Made by a program: the position numbers and the translations under genes
Notes under the pieces: generated by a model
The model's input: the letters and a program-made list of their open reading frames with translations, nothing else
What the model was told of the DNA's origin: nothing
The model's database searches: none
Origin: an uncultured Victivallales bacterium
GTDB taxonomy: Bacteria; Verrucomicrobiota; Lentisphaeria; Victivallales; UBA1829
Assembly: GCA_944390795.1 (NCBI GenBank)
Contig: CALXRI010000001.1
Coordinates: 141,092-205,091, forward strand
Reading direction: 5' to 3'
DNA: 64,000 bases
Shown here: piece by piece, positions 1-9,669 of the stretch
How the letters are laid out: each line of letters starts with the position of its first letter
How positions within the stretch are numbered: the first letter of the stretch is position 1

Positions 1-1105
1 GCGCGACGGTGACGATATGTTTTCCCATGCTCAGATTGCGGAGCGACAGAAGTTTGGACATGCCGGGGCTGGCGGGATCCGGTTCGGTTGTGCCGACCAT
101 CTTCCCGTCCAGATAGACTGTGATATGCGGGGGAACCGTCACGAGATCGACTCCTCCGGTATTGCTGTCCAGACTGAGCGCGACTTCCAGCTCGTTGCCC
201 GCCGTCACGGTGACTTCGCGCGTTGCCGGATCGAATCCCTCCTTTTCCAGACGGATGCGGTAGACACCGGGAAGAAGCTGCTTGAGCTCCATCGGAGTGT
301 CCGAATACTGCTTGTCGTTCACGAATACGCGCGCGCCTTCGGGGCTGGAGGTGATTTTCAGAGTGCTTGGAATGATCTCAAGTTTGAGGTTTTTCAAAAC
401 CGTCTCCTGCCGTCTTGTCACTGTCACAACCTGCTTCAGCGTAACATAGCCTTCCCTGGCGATTTCCAGATTGTGCCGCCCCTCTTCAATACGTTCGGAG
501 AAAGGCGTGCGCCCCATTACCGTGCCGTCCAGCGTGACGGTTGCTCCGCTCGGGCTGGAGGTGATTTTCAGCGTTCCCACGTTGGACGCAAGATCGGTCT
601 TGAGCAGAAGCGGCCGTCCGTCCTCGTTCATTTTCCAGGATACGGTCCGCTTTGTATAGCCGCTTTTGTTCAGTTCGGCGGAATACTCCCCGTAGGGAAG
701 ATCCCTGATGATCAGAGGGGTTTCCCCAATCTTCCTTCCCTGAAACACGACCGGCGCCGCGGAAGGCACGCTTGTCAGCATCACGGATGCCGTGACGGGA
801 TTCAGTTCCACATTGATTTTCTGATCCGCCCCCTGTTTGATTTCGGTCCTGACCAGTTCGGTTTTGTACCCCGGCAGTTCCAGCTGGATTACATAGGTGG
901 AAGGCGGGAGCGAACATTTGAAAGGGGTCCGGCCGCGTTCCTTTCCCAGCATGGACACCGCCGCCCCGGACGGGACGGAGGTGATCTCCAGTTTCGGCTT
1001 CGGCGCGGCAGGCTGTTTTTTCCCGCATCCGGTAACCGGAAGAACGGCGGCAATCAGCAGAGAGAGAAAGAGCATGGAAAGGATCGTTCTCATATTCATC
1101 GTCAT
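1..1105 (-). CDS. PEGA-repeat lipoprotein (runs off the left edge; absent from the ORF track)
   Basis: Manual translation from ATG at 1105 (ATGA overlap with the upstream stop) gives MTMNMRTILSMLFLSLLIAAVLPVTG|CGKKQP (lipobox). It is followed by about five ~70-aa PEGA-like units (LEITSVPSGAAV..GRTP, LKITSSPSGATVTLDG..GRTP, LKITSSPEGARVFVND..TP). An identical 20-mer GGGCTGGAGGTGATTTTCAG occurs at 342 and 552, 210 nt apart. Confidence 0.85.
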   Translation of the reverse strand, partial: MTMNMRTILSMLFLSLLIAAVLPVTGCGKKQPAAPKPKLEITSVPSGAAVSMLGKERGRTPFKCSLPPSTYVIQLELPGYKTELVRTEIKQGADQKINVELNPVTASVMLTSVPSAAPVVFQGRKIGETPLIIRDLPYGEYSAELNKSGYTKRTVSWKMNEDGRPLLLKTDLASNVGTLKITSSPSGATVTLDGTVMGRTPFSERIEEGRHNLEIAREGYVTLKQVVTVTRRQETVLKNLKLEIIPSTLKITSSPEGARVFVNDKQYSDTPMELKQLLPGVYRIRLEKEGFDPATREVTVTAGNELEVALSLDSNTGGVDLVTVPPHITVYLDGKMVGTTEPDPASPGMSKLLSLRNLSMGKHIVTVA

Positions 1106-2607
1106 TTTTTCCCTCTTAAGACAGTTTCGAGTTTGATCTTGCTGGCGCGCGCCTTCTGATAGGGTTTGCTGTCCGGATCCAGATAATCCATGAGTTTCTG
1201 GCATTCCTGTGCGGCTTCGGCCAGTTGTCTCCTGCGGAGCAGGATGTTGATGTTGGTTTCCGCCTCCTTGATCATCTTCTTCAGAATTCCCTCGGCTTCC
1301 TTGAGGTGTTTTGCCGCGATGTTCAGTTCCTTCGGCGGAGGATCGAACTGTTCGTAGAACTCCACGGCGATCTGATAACGGAGGATGGCGTTGCGCAGAT
1401 TTTCCGGCCGCGCCTGATAGTTGGCGAAGAGATCCTCCGCCTTCTGGAATGCCTTTTCGGCTTCGGCGCGCATTTCCTCTGCGGAAAGCGAGACCGTTTT
1501 CAGACCGTAATCCTCGGCGAAGCGGTCGATTGCCATTTCAATCGATTCAAAGGAGTTTCTGGGATAGTTGTTGCGGACCGTGATGCTGTTCAGATAAGGT
1601 CCGTAGGCGATTGTCAGCAAGCGCGTTTCATCCACGCCGTCTGCGGAGGGAGAGGGTTCCTCCTGCTCCAGTTTCATGAAATCGGTTTCCTTGATGGAAC
1701 TGAGCAGCGTCTTTCTGTATTCCGGATTGATTTCTCCGAATTTCCGAACGAAATGCCGGCGGTGTTTCAGGTCGTCAAGCATGAAAACCGCCGAATTGTC
1801 CTTGATTTTCAACGAAAAGCGGAAGACGTTGTCTTTGGAGACAATCTGCTTTTCATAATTCAGATAGAAGGGATTGCGGTCGGAAATGGAAAGCCGTGCG
1901 GGCGGAGGCGTCTTCTGTGCAGGCGCATTCCCGAACATGAGAAAAAGTGAGACGACAATGACCGCAACGCCGATGACTCCGACCGTGAACAGGAGATTCC
2001 CCCGTCGGAGGAAGTGATGTTCGGCTGTGTTTTTCTGCTCTTTTTTTCCGGAAAAGAGATTGTTGATGTCGGGGGCGGGGGAGGCAGTTGCCGCCGGGGC
2101 GTTTTCCCCTGCCTTCGCGGAGGGAAGGGATCCCTTGAAAATTTTTTTCTTCTGTTCGTTCCGGCCTGTTTCCGGAGAGGGGTCCTTCGGAGGCTGTTCC
2201 GGCATTTCCGGCGGCGCAGACGCCGGACGGGATGTATGGAAAATCACCTGCGGCTTCTTCTTTTTCCGGGTCTGGTCCTCAAGGATTTCCGCGGTTTTTT
2301 CCGCGGCAGCCGCATTTTCCTCTCCGAAGCGCAGCACCTGGTCTCCGACAAGAATCACATCCCCGTCTTTCAACGGGGTGGACATCGTAAGCGGATTGCC
2401 GTTGAGCGTGGTGCCGTTGGTGCTTCCGAGATCTTCAATGCACCATTTTCCCGCCGGATTCCTGCTGATTTTCGCATGGTAGCGCGACACGCCGCCGATC
2501 AGAAGCTGGATGTCGTTGTCGGTCTCCCTTCCGATTCTGACGCCGTCCGGCGCAATTTCCTGCGATTGTCCTGTTCTGGGGCCGTTCAGAAAATAAAGTT
2601 TTATCAT
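1102..2607 (-). CDS. FHA-domain single-pass membrane protein with C-terminal helical/TPR-like region
   Basis: Canonical FHA motifs IGR..ND..GVSRYHA..IEDLGSTNGT, Pro/Ala/Lys-rich linker, TM helix LLFTVGVIGVAVIVVSLFLMF, helical C-terminus. Confidence 0.85.
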   Translation of the reverse strand: MIKLYFLNGPRTGQSQEIAPDGVRIGRETDNDIQLLIGGVSRYHAKISRNPAGKWCIEDLGSTNGTTLNGNPLTMSTPLKDGDVILVGDQVLRFGEENAAAAEKTAEILEDQTRKKKKPQVIFHTSRPASAPPEMPEQPPKDPSPETGRNEQKKKIFKGSLPSAKAGENAPAATASPAPDINNLFSGKKEQKNTAEHHFLRRGNLLFTVGVIGVAVIVVSLFLMFGNAPAQKTPPPARLSISDRNPFYLNYEKQIVSKDNVFRFSLKIKDNSAVFMLDDLKHRRHFVRKFGEINPEYRKTLLSSIKETDFMKLEQEEPSPSADGVDETRLLTIAYGPYLNSITVRNNYPRNSFESIEMAIDRFAEDYGLKTVSLSAEEMRAEAEKAFQKAEDLFANYQARPENLRNAILRYQIAVEFYEQFDPPPKELNIAAKHLKEAEGILKKMIKEAETNINILLRRRQLAEAAQECQKLMDYLDPDSKPYQKARASKIKLETVLRGKK

Positions 2608-2610
2608 CTT

Positions 2611-3039
2611 TTATTCCTTCTCCTCACAACGAACCGCGCCTTCCGCCGTTTTCCGGCGCATCAGCGCATCAGCCAGTTGTCTCTCCATTCTCGCATCCGC
2701 CACCGCCGCCAGATCGACGATATCGCCGGCGGTGCTGGAAGTCCGTTCGATTGCTCCAACCGGTAACTCTATCACATAAAACGCCTTTTTGCAATGTACA
2801 AACGGATTCCAGGGGCGTAAATTCGGCACTGTTTTCAGGATTTTGTGATCCGGTCCGACAAAAATCACATCCAGGGGAATTGACATGAAACAGGTGTGAA
2901 TCGAACTGCAGCGGTCGAAGACCATGGCGTCGAATCCGTCGAATTTCCTCCGGATCATTCCCCGGGCCCGCTGGAAAGGTCCCAGCGCGCAAACCGGCCG
3001 GGTGGAGATCACTGTTTTTTTTGTCAGGTTGCAGATCAT
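2611..3039 (-). CDS. DUF192 family protein
   Basis: RARGM...SIHTCFMSIPLDVIFV..LRPW..VIELPVG pattern; the family is often found in Tad loci. Confidence 0.85.
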   Translation of the reverse strand: MICNLTKKTVISTRPVCALGPFQRARGMIRRKFDGFDAMVFDRCSSIHTCFMSIPLDVIFVGPDHKILKTVPNLRPWNPFVHCKKAFYVIELPVGAIERTSSTAGDIVDLAAVADARMERQLADALMRRKTAEGAVRCEEKE

Positions 3040-3049
3040 CGCATCCTCG

Positions 3050-3925
3050 TCAGGAAAGGGTTTTCAGCGCCTCATATGCAATCGGGCCGATCAGGATGAG
3101 GAACACGCACGGGAAAATGAACACCACAACCGGAAAGAGAATCTTGACAGGCGCTTCGTTGGCGAGCTTTTCCGCCCGGACAAAACGCTTGTTGCGCAGC
3201 TGGTCGCCCTGAATGCGCAGAAGCTGCCCGATGCTCACGCCGAGTTCGTCCGCCTGCACGATCGCGTTGACGACGGAGGCGAGTTCCGGCTGCCGCACCC
3301 GGTCGCTCATTTCCTTCAGAGCCGCCGAGCGGCCTTTCCCGAGCTGGATTTCATGCAGAGCACGGTTCAGTTCCTCGCCGAGAGGATCGTTTTTGCGCCG
3401 CGCCATGATGTCCCGGAGCGCCGTCAGGAAATCTTTTCCCGCCTCCACGGAAAGCGTCAGAAGATCCAGCACGTTCGGAAGCGATTTCAGAATGGACAGA
3501 TGCCGTTTCGCCACCACCTGTTTCAGCCAGACCGAGGGATAGCAGGCAAGCGCAAACCAGAGCAGCAGACCCGAAAGCGCATTGTTGCCCAGGGCAAACA
3601 GAATGAAAACCAGAAAGCCGAAAATCGCCATGAACACTTTCAGCGCGAAAAACCGCTCTCCCGAAACCGCCTGGTCCAGACTTGCCATCTGGATCAGCTC
3701 TTCCGTCTGCCTGCGTGAAGGTTCAAAGAAGGATGCGTCGGAGAGAAAGCGCACGTTGGAAACCAGCGGAAGGAAAATACGGAAAAACAGCGGCAGCCTG
3801 GCATATTCATGCATTTCGTCCTCCTGTTTTTCAATTTCGATCATGCGGAACAGATCAAAAACCAGAAGGAAAAGGCATCCGGCCGCCACCGCGGCGCAGA
3901 GACTGGCGAGCACTGTAAAAAACAT
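3050..3925 (-). CDS. tadC: Tad pilus inner-membrane platform protein TadC (T2SS F family)
   Basis: LPNVLDLLTLSVEAG...QADELGVSIGQLLR...RAEKLANEAPVKILFPVVVFIFP. Confidence 0.9.
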   Translation of the reverse strand: MFFTVLASLCAAVAAGCLFLLVFDLFRMIEIEKQEDEMHEYARLPLFFRIFLPLVSNVRFLSDASFFEPSRRQTEELIQMASLDQAVSGERFFALKVFMAIFGFLVFILFALGNNALSGLLLWFALACYPSVWLKQVVAKRHLSILKSLPNVLDLLTLSVEAGKDFLTALRDIMARRKNDPLGEELNRALHEIQLGKGRSAALKEMSDRVRQPELASVVNAIVQADELGVSIGQLLRIQGDQLRNKRFVRAEKLANEAPVKILFPVVVFIFPCVFLILIGPIAYEALKTLS

Positions 3926-3939
3926 GGGATTCTCCTTTG

Positions 3940-4821
3940 TCAGATGTCAATGGAGGTTATTTTCCGGATCAGCAGGAAGCCGGCGAGGTCAAGCACGATC
4001 ACAAGAATGATGCACAGGATTCCCGGCAGACTGGAAAAGAAATTCGTCATCATGTCCGTGGCGATGTACATCATGGCGATGAAAAGCGCCCACGGCATGA
4101 GACCGATGATAACCGCCTGCATCCGTCCCTGCGCGGTCAGCGCCCGAATCCGTCCGGTGATGCGTACGCGTTCCCGGATCACGGAGGCGAGCCGTTCCAG
4201 AATCGAGGTCAGTTCGCCGCCGGTCTGCCGCGCTGTGACGATCGCGATTGCGACCAGTTCGAAATCCGGGCAGTTCAGACGCGCGGCCATTTTATCCAGT
4301 GCGTCGTCCAGCGAAACGCCGAGATGACTTTCATGCATCAGGAGGCTGAATTCGGAGGAGAGCGGCTTGCGGTTTTCGTTCGCGACCACCTCCAGAGCCT
4401 GGTTGATGCTGAAGCCTGCCTTCAGCGAACCGCTGATGGAAAGCAGGGCGTCTTCCAGCTGTTCGTTGAATTTCGTCAGACGCTGTTTCCGCAGGTGGCG
4501 CAGAAGCAGGCGCGGTCCCGGGAAGGATGCGCCTCCCGCAAGCAGTGCGGCGACCACGCCTTTGGTCAAAGTCATGTTTTCGACGAAAAACGCAACCGCC
4601 ATTACTGCGACGGCCGCGCAGAGAGCGGAAATCGCGAAGCTGATATCCAGAATTTTCGACGGCGGCATGTTCAGAAGCACGTCGTCCATTTCCACGGAAG
4701 CCTCCTGAATGAAGCGTTCCCGGTAGCGTGCGGAAAATGCCGAAATGAATTCGACGAAAATGAGCGCCGTGCAGGTCGCGGCGATTCCGGCGCAGAGACT
4801 GGCGAGGATGGTGAAGTTCAT
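3940..4821 (-). CDS. tadB: Tad pilus inner-membrane platform protein TadB
   Basis: FNEQLEDAL..SLKAGFS..QTGGELTSILERLASVIRER..IRALTAQGRMQ. Confidence 0.9.
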   Translation of the reverse strand: MNFTILASLCAGIAATCTALIFVEFISAFSARYRERFIQEASVEMDDVLLNMPPSKILDISFAISALCAAVAVMAVAFFVENMTLTKGVVAALLAGGASFPGPRLLLRHLRKQRLTKFNEQLEDALLSISGSLKAGFSINQALEVVANENRKPLSSEFSLLMHESHLGVSLDDALDKMAARLNCPDFELVAIAIVTARQTGGELTSILERLASVIRERVRITGRIRALTAQGRMQAVIIGLMPWALFIAMMYIATDMMTNFFSSLPGILCIILVIVLDLAGFLLIRKITSIDI

Positions 4822-6584
4822 CGCGCACCTCCGTTTCCGGAGCTCTTGTTGTTGAACATCGAAATGTCCAGATTCATTCCCGCACGCCTGATGTCGTCCA
4901 TGAAGGTCGGGATGCTGCCGGTCGGGACATAGCGCCCGGTCATTTTCCCGTCCTTGTCCCAGCCGTCCTGCTTGAAGACGAAAATGTCCTGCATCGTGAT
5001 GATTTCGCCTTCCATCTTGGTGATTTCGCTGACATGGGTGACTTTGCGCGAGCCGTCCTTTTCGCGGGAGATCTGCACGATGATCGAGATGGCCGAGGCG
5101 ATCTGCTCGCGGATGGCGCGCAGCGGAAGATCGAATCCCGCCATGAGCACGAGCGTTTCGAGGCGGGAAAGGGCGTCGCGCGGAGAATTCGCGTGAATCG
5201 TCGTCAGCGACCCGTCATGACCGGTGTTCATCGCCTGGAGCATGTCGAGCGCCTCGCCGCCGCGGCACTCGCCGATGACGATGCGGTCCGGACGCATGCG
5301 CAGCGCGTTCTTCACCAGGTCGCGGATGCTGATTTCACCCTTGCCTTCGATGTTGGCGGGACGCGCCTCCAGACGCACGACATGATCCTGCCGCAGCTGC
5401 AGTTCGGCGGCGTCCTCAATTGTCAGGATGCGTTCGGTGTCCGGCAGAAAGCCGCTCAGGATGTTGAGCAGCGTCGTTTTTCCGGAACCGGTTCCGCCGG
5501 AGATCACAATGTTCTTGCGCAGTTTCACGCAGACATCGAGAAAGTGCGCGATGTCCGCGGAGATCGAGCCGAAGCGGATCAGATCCCCGACCTGCAGAGG
5601 CACCTTCGAGAATTTCCGGATCGTGATGGAGGGGCCGACAAGCGAGAGCGGCGGGATGATCGCATTGACGCGCGAACCGTCCTTGAGTCTGGCGTCCACC
5701 ATCGGGGAACTTTCGTCGATGCGTCTGCCGAGCGGAGAGACGATGCGTTCGATTGCCGCGATCACCTGGTTGTTGTCCGCGAACGCCATGTCGGTCCGGT
5801 GGAGCTTGCCCTTGTATTCCACATAGATGTGGTCGGGACCGTTCACCATGATTTCCGTGATGGAGGGCATTGCGATCAGCTCTTCAAGCGGACCGAGTCC
5901 GATCGCCTCGTGAAGCAGTTCCCGTTCGATCAGTTCCTTGGAAATGCTTTTCGGAAGCGGAATGGAGATTTCCTCGACGATTTCGTGAATGGTGTTGGCG
6001 GCCTTCCGGTTCAGGTCTTTTTCCGATGCGCCGCTCATGACAAGACGTTTCAGGTTCAAACGCTTGATGAGTTCGGCGTGAGCGCGTTTCTTGATTTCCT
6101 GCAGGAGCGGACGATCCTCGAACGGCACGCCGGAAACCGCGAGGATTTCCACGCCGGAATGTCCGGGCGAAGAGATTGTTTCCAGACGGTTCTCGAGGTA
6201 ATTCTGCGGTTCTTTCACAGGATTTTCCTCTTCCTTCTCCGGAGGTTCCGGGGCGGAAACTGTAAGCGGCTGCGCGTCAATTGGTTCCGGTTCCTTTGCG
6301 GGGAATTCGATGAGAATGCTTCCGATGCGGATTTCGTCGCCCGGCAGAACTTCTTTCGGTGTTGCGCCGACGCGTTCGCCGTCCAGAAAGGTCCCCGTGT
6401 CGGATTCCAGATCCATCACGCGGATTCCGTCTTCCGCCACCAGAAGCTGGCAGTGGCGCACGGAAACGCCGTCGGCGTCCAGCTGGATGTGGGAATCCGC
6501 GCCGGAGCCGATCACGTAGACCCCGTTTCCGAGCTGTCCCGTGACGGGTTCGTTTTCCGGAATTCTGATCAGGATGTCATGCAT
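4818..6584 (-). CDS. cpaF: Tad/Flp pilus assembly ATPase CpaF/TadA with N-terminal FHA-like domain
   Basis: GLGPLE, EIMVNG, IDESSPMVDARL, Walker A GGTGSGKTT, LRMRPDRIVIGECRGGEA, AMNTGHDGS; N-terminal GVSVRHC..DLESDTGTFLDG is FHA-like. Confidence 0.93.
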   Translation of the reverse strand: MHDILIRIPENEPVTGQLGNGVYVIGSGADSHIQLDADGVSVRHCQLLVAEDGIRVMDLESDTGTFLDGERVGATPKEVLPGDEIRIGSILIEFPAKEPEPIDAQPLTVSAPEPPEKEEENPVKEPQNYLENRLETISSPGHSGVEILAVSGVPFEDRPLLQEIKKRAHAELIKRLNLKRLVMSGASEKDLNRKAANTIHEIVEEISIPLPKSISKELIERELLHEAIGLGPLEELIAMPSITEIMVNGPDHIYVEYKGKLHRTDMAFADNNQVIAAIERIVSPLGRRIDESSPMVDARLKDGSRVNAIIPPLSLVGPSITIRKFSKVPLQVGDLIRFGSISADIAHFLDVCVKLRKNIVISGGTGSGKTTLLNILSGFLPDTERILTIEDAAELQLRQDHVVRLEARPANIEGKGEISIRDLVKNALRMRPDRIVIGECRGGEALDMLQAMNTGHDGSLTTIHANSPRDALSRLETLVLMAGFDLPLRAIREQIASAISIIVQISREKDGSRKVTHVSEITKMEGEIITMQDIFVFKQDGWDKDGKMTGRYVPTGSIPTFMDDIRRAGMNLDISMFNNKSSGNGGAR

Positions 6585-6598
6585 GTTGATTCCATCCG

Positions 6599-7399
6599 TT
6601 ATCTTCCGGAGCGGAGCATTTTTTCCCGCTCGGCGTTGTAGCTCATGATGTTTTTCTGCAGGAAATTCCAGTTGACGCTCTGAAGCTTCTGCGTGATCGC
6701 GGATTCCTCATAATTGCGCAGGCTCATGGTGATGCGTCCCTTCTGGGAGGCGAAGATGATCATTTCCACTTCCTTGGGTGTCAGTTCGAGCGTCACGGTG
6801 CTGTAGCTTCGCGGCACATAGACGTTCTGTCCGCCGGAGGAGAGGAATCCCATGTCGGTTCCGGTGGCAATTACCCGGACGCGCTGGAGAATGGTCATTG
6901 TGATCGTGTCAAGCGAGGAGTCCCCGCGGGTGTCCGGAAAGCGGAACGTCCCGATCAGGTCCACATAATTGTTAGGCTGCACAAGGCCTGTCACGGAGCT
7001 TGTCGCGTCCACGGAGATCGAGACGGCACGGTAGCCGGGACGGATCAGGGAGGTGAGACCGGTTTTTCCGGAAGAAAGGGAGACCTTGAGATCGCTCCAC
7101 TGAAGCAGCGTTCCCGCCCGGATCAGCGACTGCGCCTCCCGTCCGATCACCAGGGAGCGTCTGTCATACGGAATCTCCCGTTCGTATTTCGCATTGCGGA
7201 AACGCTGGACAAGCTGTTTGCGGATCATGTCCTCCGTGATCTTCTCCCCTTCCGGAATGTCCCTGGTGACCTGGATCAGATAGATCTTATAGGTTTCGCC
7301 CTGAAGACGCGCCTTTTCCCTGTTGATCTGCGTAAAGGTGAACATGAAAGCCAGCACGCCGAACAGCACGGCGCCGAGAAGCAGCAGTTTCTGTTTCAT
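6599..7399 (-). CDS. cpaB: Flp pilus assembly protein CpaB/RcpC
   Basis: N-terminal TM, SAF-like domain, GYRAVSISVDATSSVTGLVQPNNYVDL, ILQRVRVIATG, TVTLELTP; start placed at MKQKLLL. Confidence 0.88.
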   Translation of the reverse strand: MKQKLLLLGAVLFGVLAFMFTFTQINREKARLQGETYKIYLIQVTRDIPEGEKITEDMIRKQLVQRFRNAKYEREIPYDRRSLVIGREAQSLIRAGTLLQWSDLKVSLSSGKTGLTSLIRPGYRAVSISVDATSSVTGLVQPNNYVDLIGTFRFPDTRGDSSLDTITMTILQRVRVIATGTDMGFLSSGGQNVYVPRSYSTVTLELTPKEVEMIIFASQKGRITMSLRNYEESAITQKLQSVNWNFLQKNIMSYNAEREKMLRSGR

Positions 7400-7510
7400 T
7401 TGTATCCCCGGGATTTCTTGTTGTGATGCAAGACATAAATTCCATACCTTCAAACGGAATATACATTCCTCTCCCCCGGTTTTCCATGGACGGCATGGAA
7501 AAAAGCGGAT

Positions 7511-7550
7511 TTTTTCTCCGAACTTCCGTTTTTTTCTCCGAACTTCCGTT
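7511..7550. repeat. Perfect 20-bp tandem duplication upstream of the Tad operon
   Basis: TTTTTCTCCGAACTTCCGTT at 7511-7530 and 7531-7550. Confidence 0.9.
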
Positions 7551-7572
7551 CCCGGGAAATCTACCGCGTGTT

Positions 7573-9669
7573 TCAGCGGTTTTCAAGGGCCCGGATCCTG
7601 TCGCGCAGCTGGGCGGCGCGCTCGAATTCGAGATTGTCGGCGGCTTCCAGCATTTCCCGCTCGAGTTCCGCGAGAATCTCCTCGAAGTCGAGCCCTTCGA
7701 GATCCGCAGTTCCTGCGCGTGTGACTTTTCCTTTTTTCGCAGCGCGTCCGGAGGCGGATTTTTTCCCGTAGGAGGCGCGCTCCTCCCGGATGGCGAACGC
7801 TGCGGTTTCCGCGTCGAATTCGCGTGACGCCCGTTTCGTGCCGGAGGACGTTGTCTCTTTTCCCTTTGAGGAAAGTCCCATGACGTCGGTGATCGTTTCG
7901 CGGGCGGCCTTGATGATTGTCCGGGGCGTGATGTGGTGTTCCCGGTTGTATTCGGACTGTTTCCGCCGGCGTTCCTCCGTGGTGTCGATCAGCGACTTCA
8001 TGCTGTCCGTAATGACATCGCCGTAAAGGATTACCCTGCCGTCGGCGTTCCGCGCGGCGCGCCCCGCCACCTGGATCAGGGAGCGCGAGGAGCGCAGGAA
8101 GCCCTCCTTGTCCGCGTCGAGAATCGCGACAAGCCGGATTTCCGGCAGGTCGATTCCCTCCCGCAGGAGATTGATTCCGACAATGCAGTCGAAATCGCCG
8201 CGCTTGAGTTCGGACAGGATGCGGACGCGTTCGATCACGTCGATTTCCGAATGCAGGTATTTCACCCGCAGCCCGAGCTCGCAGAGATAGTCGGAGAGCC
8301 GTTCCGCGCTCTTTTTGGTCAGCGTCGCGATGAGCGATCTTCCGCCGTGCTCGGTGCATTTGCGGATCTCCTCGATCACGTCGTCCACCTGCCCTTCGAG
8401 TTTCCGCACTTCCACCGGCGGGTCGAGCAGTCCGGTCGGGCGGACGACCTGTTCGACGACCCGTCCGCCGGAGAGTTCCAGCTCGTAACTTCCCGGCGTG
8501 GCGGAGACGAAGATCACATCGCCGAGCAGCGACTGGAACTCCTCGAACTTGAGCGGACGGTTGTCCAGTGCGGAGGGCAGGCGGAAGCCGTGGTCCACGA
8601 GCGTCTGCTTCCTGCTCCGGTCGGCCTTGTACATCGCCTGCAGCTGCGGAATCGTCACATGCGATTCGTCGATGATCATGACGTAGTCCTTCGGGAAGAA
8701 GTCGAGCAGGCAGAACGGACGCGAACCGGGGGCGCGGCCGCCGAGATGGCGCGAATAGTTCTCAATGCCGGAGCAGTATCCGATCTCGCGCATCATTTCA
8801 ACGTCGTAGTTCACGCGCTGGTAGAGGCGCTGCGCCTCGACGAGTTTTCCCTGGGATTCGAACCGTTTCACCTGTGCGCGCATCTCGGAGAGAATGCCCT
8901 CCATCGCGGCGTCGATCCGTTCCTGCGGCATCACGAAGTGGCGCGCGGGAAAGATCATGACGCGTTCCGGGCGGGACTTGACGCGTCCCGTGAGCAGTTC
9001 GCAGCGGGAGAGAGAATCGACCGAGTCGCCCCAGAACTCCACGCGGACGTACTCCTCCTTCTGGGCAAGATAGATGTCCACGCAGTCCCCGCGCACCCGG
9101 AACTGTCCGCGCTCGGGGGAGACGTCGTTCCGTTCGAACTGCACTTCGACCAGCTTCCGCAGGAGATCGTCGCGGTCGAGCGTCATGCCGACGTTCAGCG
9201 GGATGCACATCTCCTCGTAGTCTTCGCGCGCGGTCAAGCCGTAAATGCACGATACGCTGGCGACTGCCATCACATCGCGCCGTTCCAGGAGCGACGCCGT
9301 CGCGGAGAGCCGCAGACGTTCGATGTTCTCGTTGATGCTGGCGTCCTTCGCAATGTAGGTGTCGGTCTGCGGGATGTAGGATTCCGGCAGATAGTAGTCG
9401 TAATAGCTGATGAAGTATTCCACCGCGTTGTTCGGGAGGAATGACTTGAATTCGCTGTACAGCTGCGCCGCCAGCGTTTTGTTGTGGGAGAGCACCAGCG
9501 CGGGCCGGTTCACGGCGGTGAGCACGTTCGCCAGCGTGAACGTCTTGCCCGATCCGGTCACTCCGAGCAGTGTCTGATAACGCCGTCCTTCGCGCAGTCC
9601 CTGCACGAGTTCCCGGATTGCCTTCGGCTGATCGCCGGCGGGCTTGTATTCCGAAACCAGTTCAAACAT
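7573..9669 (-). CDS. uvrB: Excinuclease ABC subunit B
   Basis: GDQP, LLGVTGSGKTFT, HNKTLAAQL, YFISYYDYYLPE, GFRLPSALDNRPL, C-terminal UVR domain. Confidence 0.98.
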   Translation of the reverse strand: MFELVSEYKPAGDQPKAIRELVQGLREGRRYQTLLGVTGSGKTFTLANVLTAVNRPALVLSHNKTLAAQLYSEFKSFLPNNAVEYFISYYDYYLPESYIPQTDTYIAKDASINENIERLRLSATASLLERRDVMAVASVSCIYGLTAREDYEEMCIPLNVGMTLDRDDLLRKLVEVQFERNDVSPERGQFRVRGDCVDIYLAQKEEYVRVEFWGDSVDSLSRCELLTGRVKSRPERVMIFPARHFVMPQERIDAAMEGILSEMRAQVKRFESQGKLVEAQRLYQRVNYDVEMMREIGYCSGIENYSRHLGGRAPGSRPFCLLDFFPKDYVMIIDESHVTIPQLQAMYKADRSRKQTLVDHGFRLPSALDNRPLKFEEFQSLLGDVIFVSATPGSYELELSGGRVVEQVVRPTGLLDPPVEVRKLEGQVDDVIEEIRKCTEHGGRSLIATLTKKSAERLSDYLCELGLRVKYLHSEIDVIERVRILSELKRGDFDCIVGINLLREGIDLPEIRLVAILDADKEGFLRSSRSLIQVAGRAARNADGRVILYGDVITDSMKSLIDTTEERRRKQSEYNREHHITPRTIIKAARETITDVMGLSSKGKETTSSGTKRASREFDAETAAFAIREERASYGKKSASGRAAKKGKVTRAGTADLEGLDFEEILAELEREMLEAADNLEFERAAQLRDRIRALENR

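Noticed and set aside
17-1159. 380-aa plus-strand ORF, and many other long antisense ORFs (e.g. 5034-6641, 7933-9444, 17233-19188, 35983-37683)
   Set aside because: Shadow frames of clearly recognisable genes in a GC-rich genome; they carry no protein motifs.
7426-7446. Possible sigma54 promoter before cpaB (TGGAAT...TTGCA on the minus strand)
   Set aside because: The GG-to-GC spacing is 12 nt rather than the required 10.
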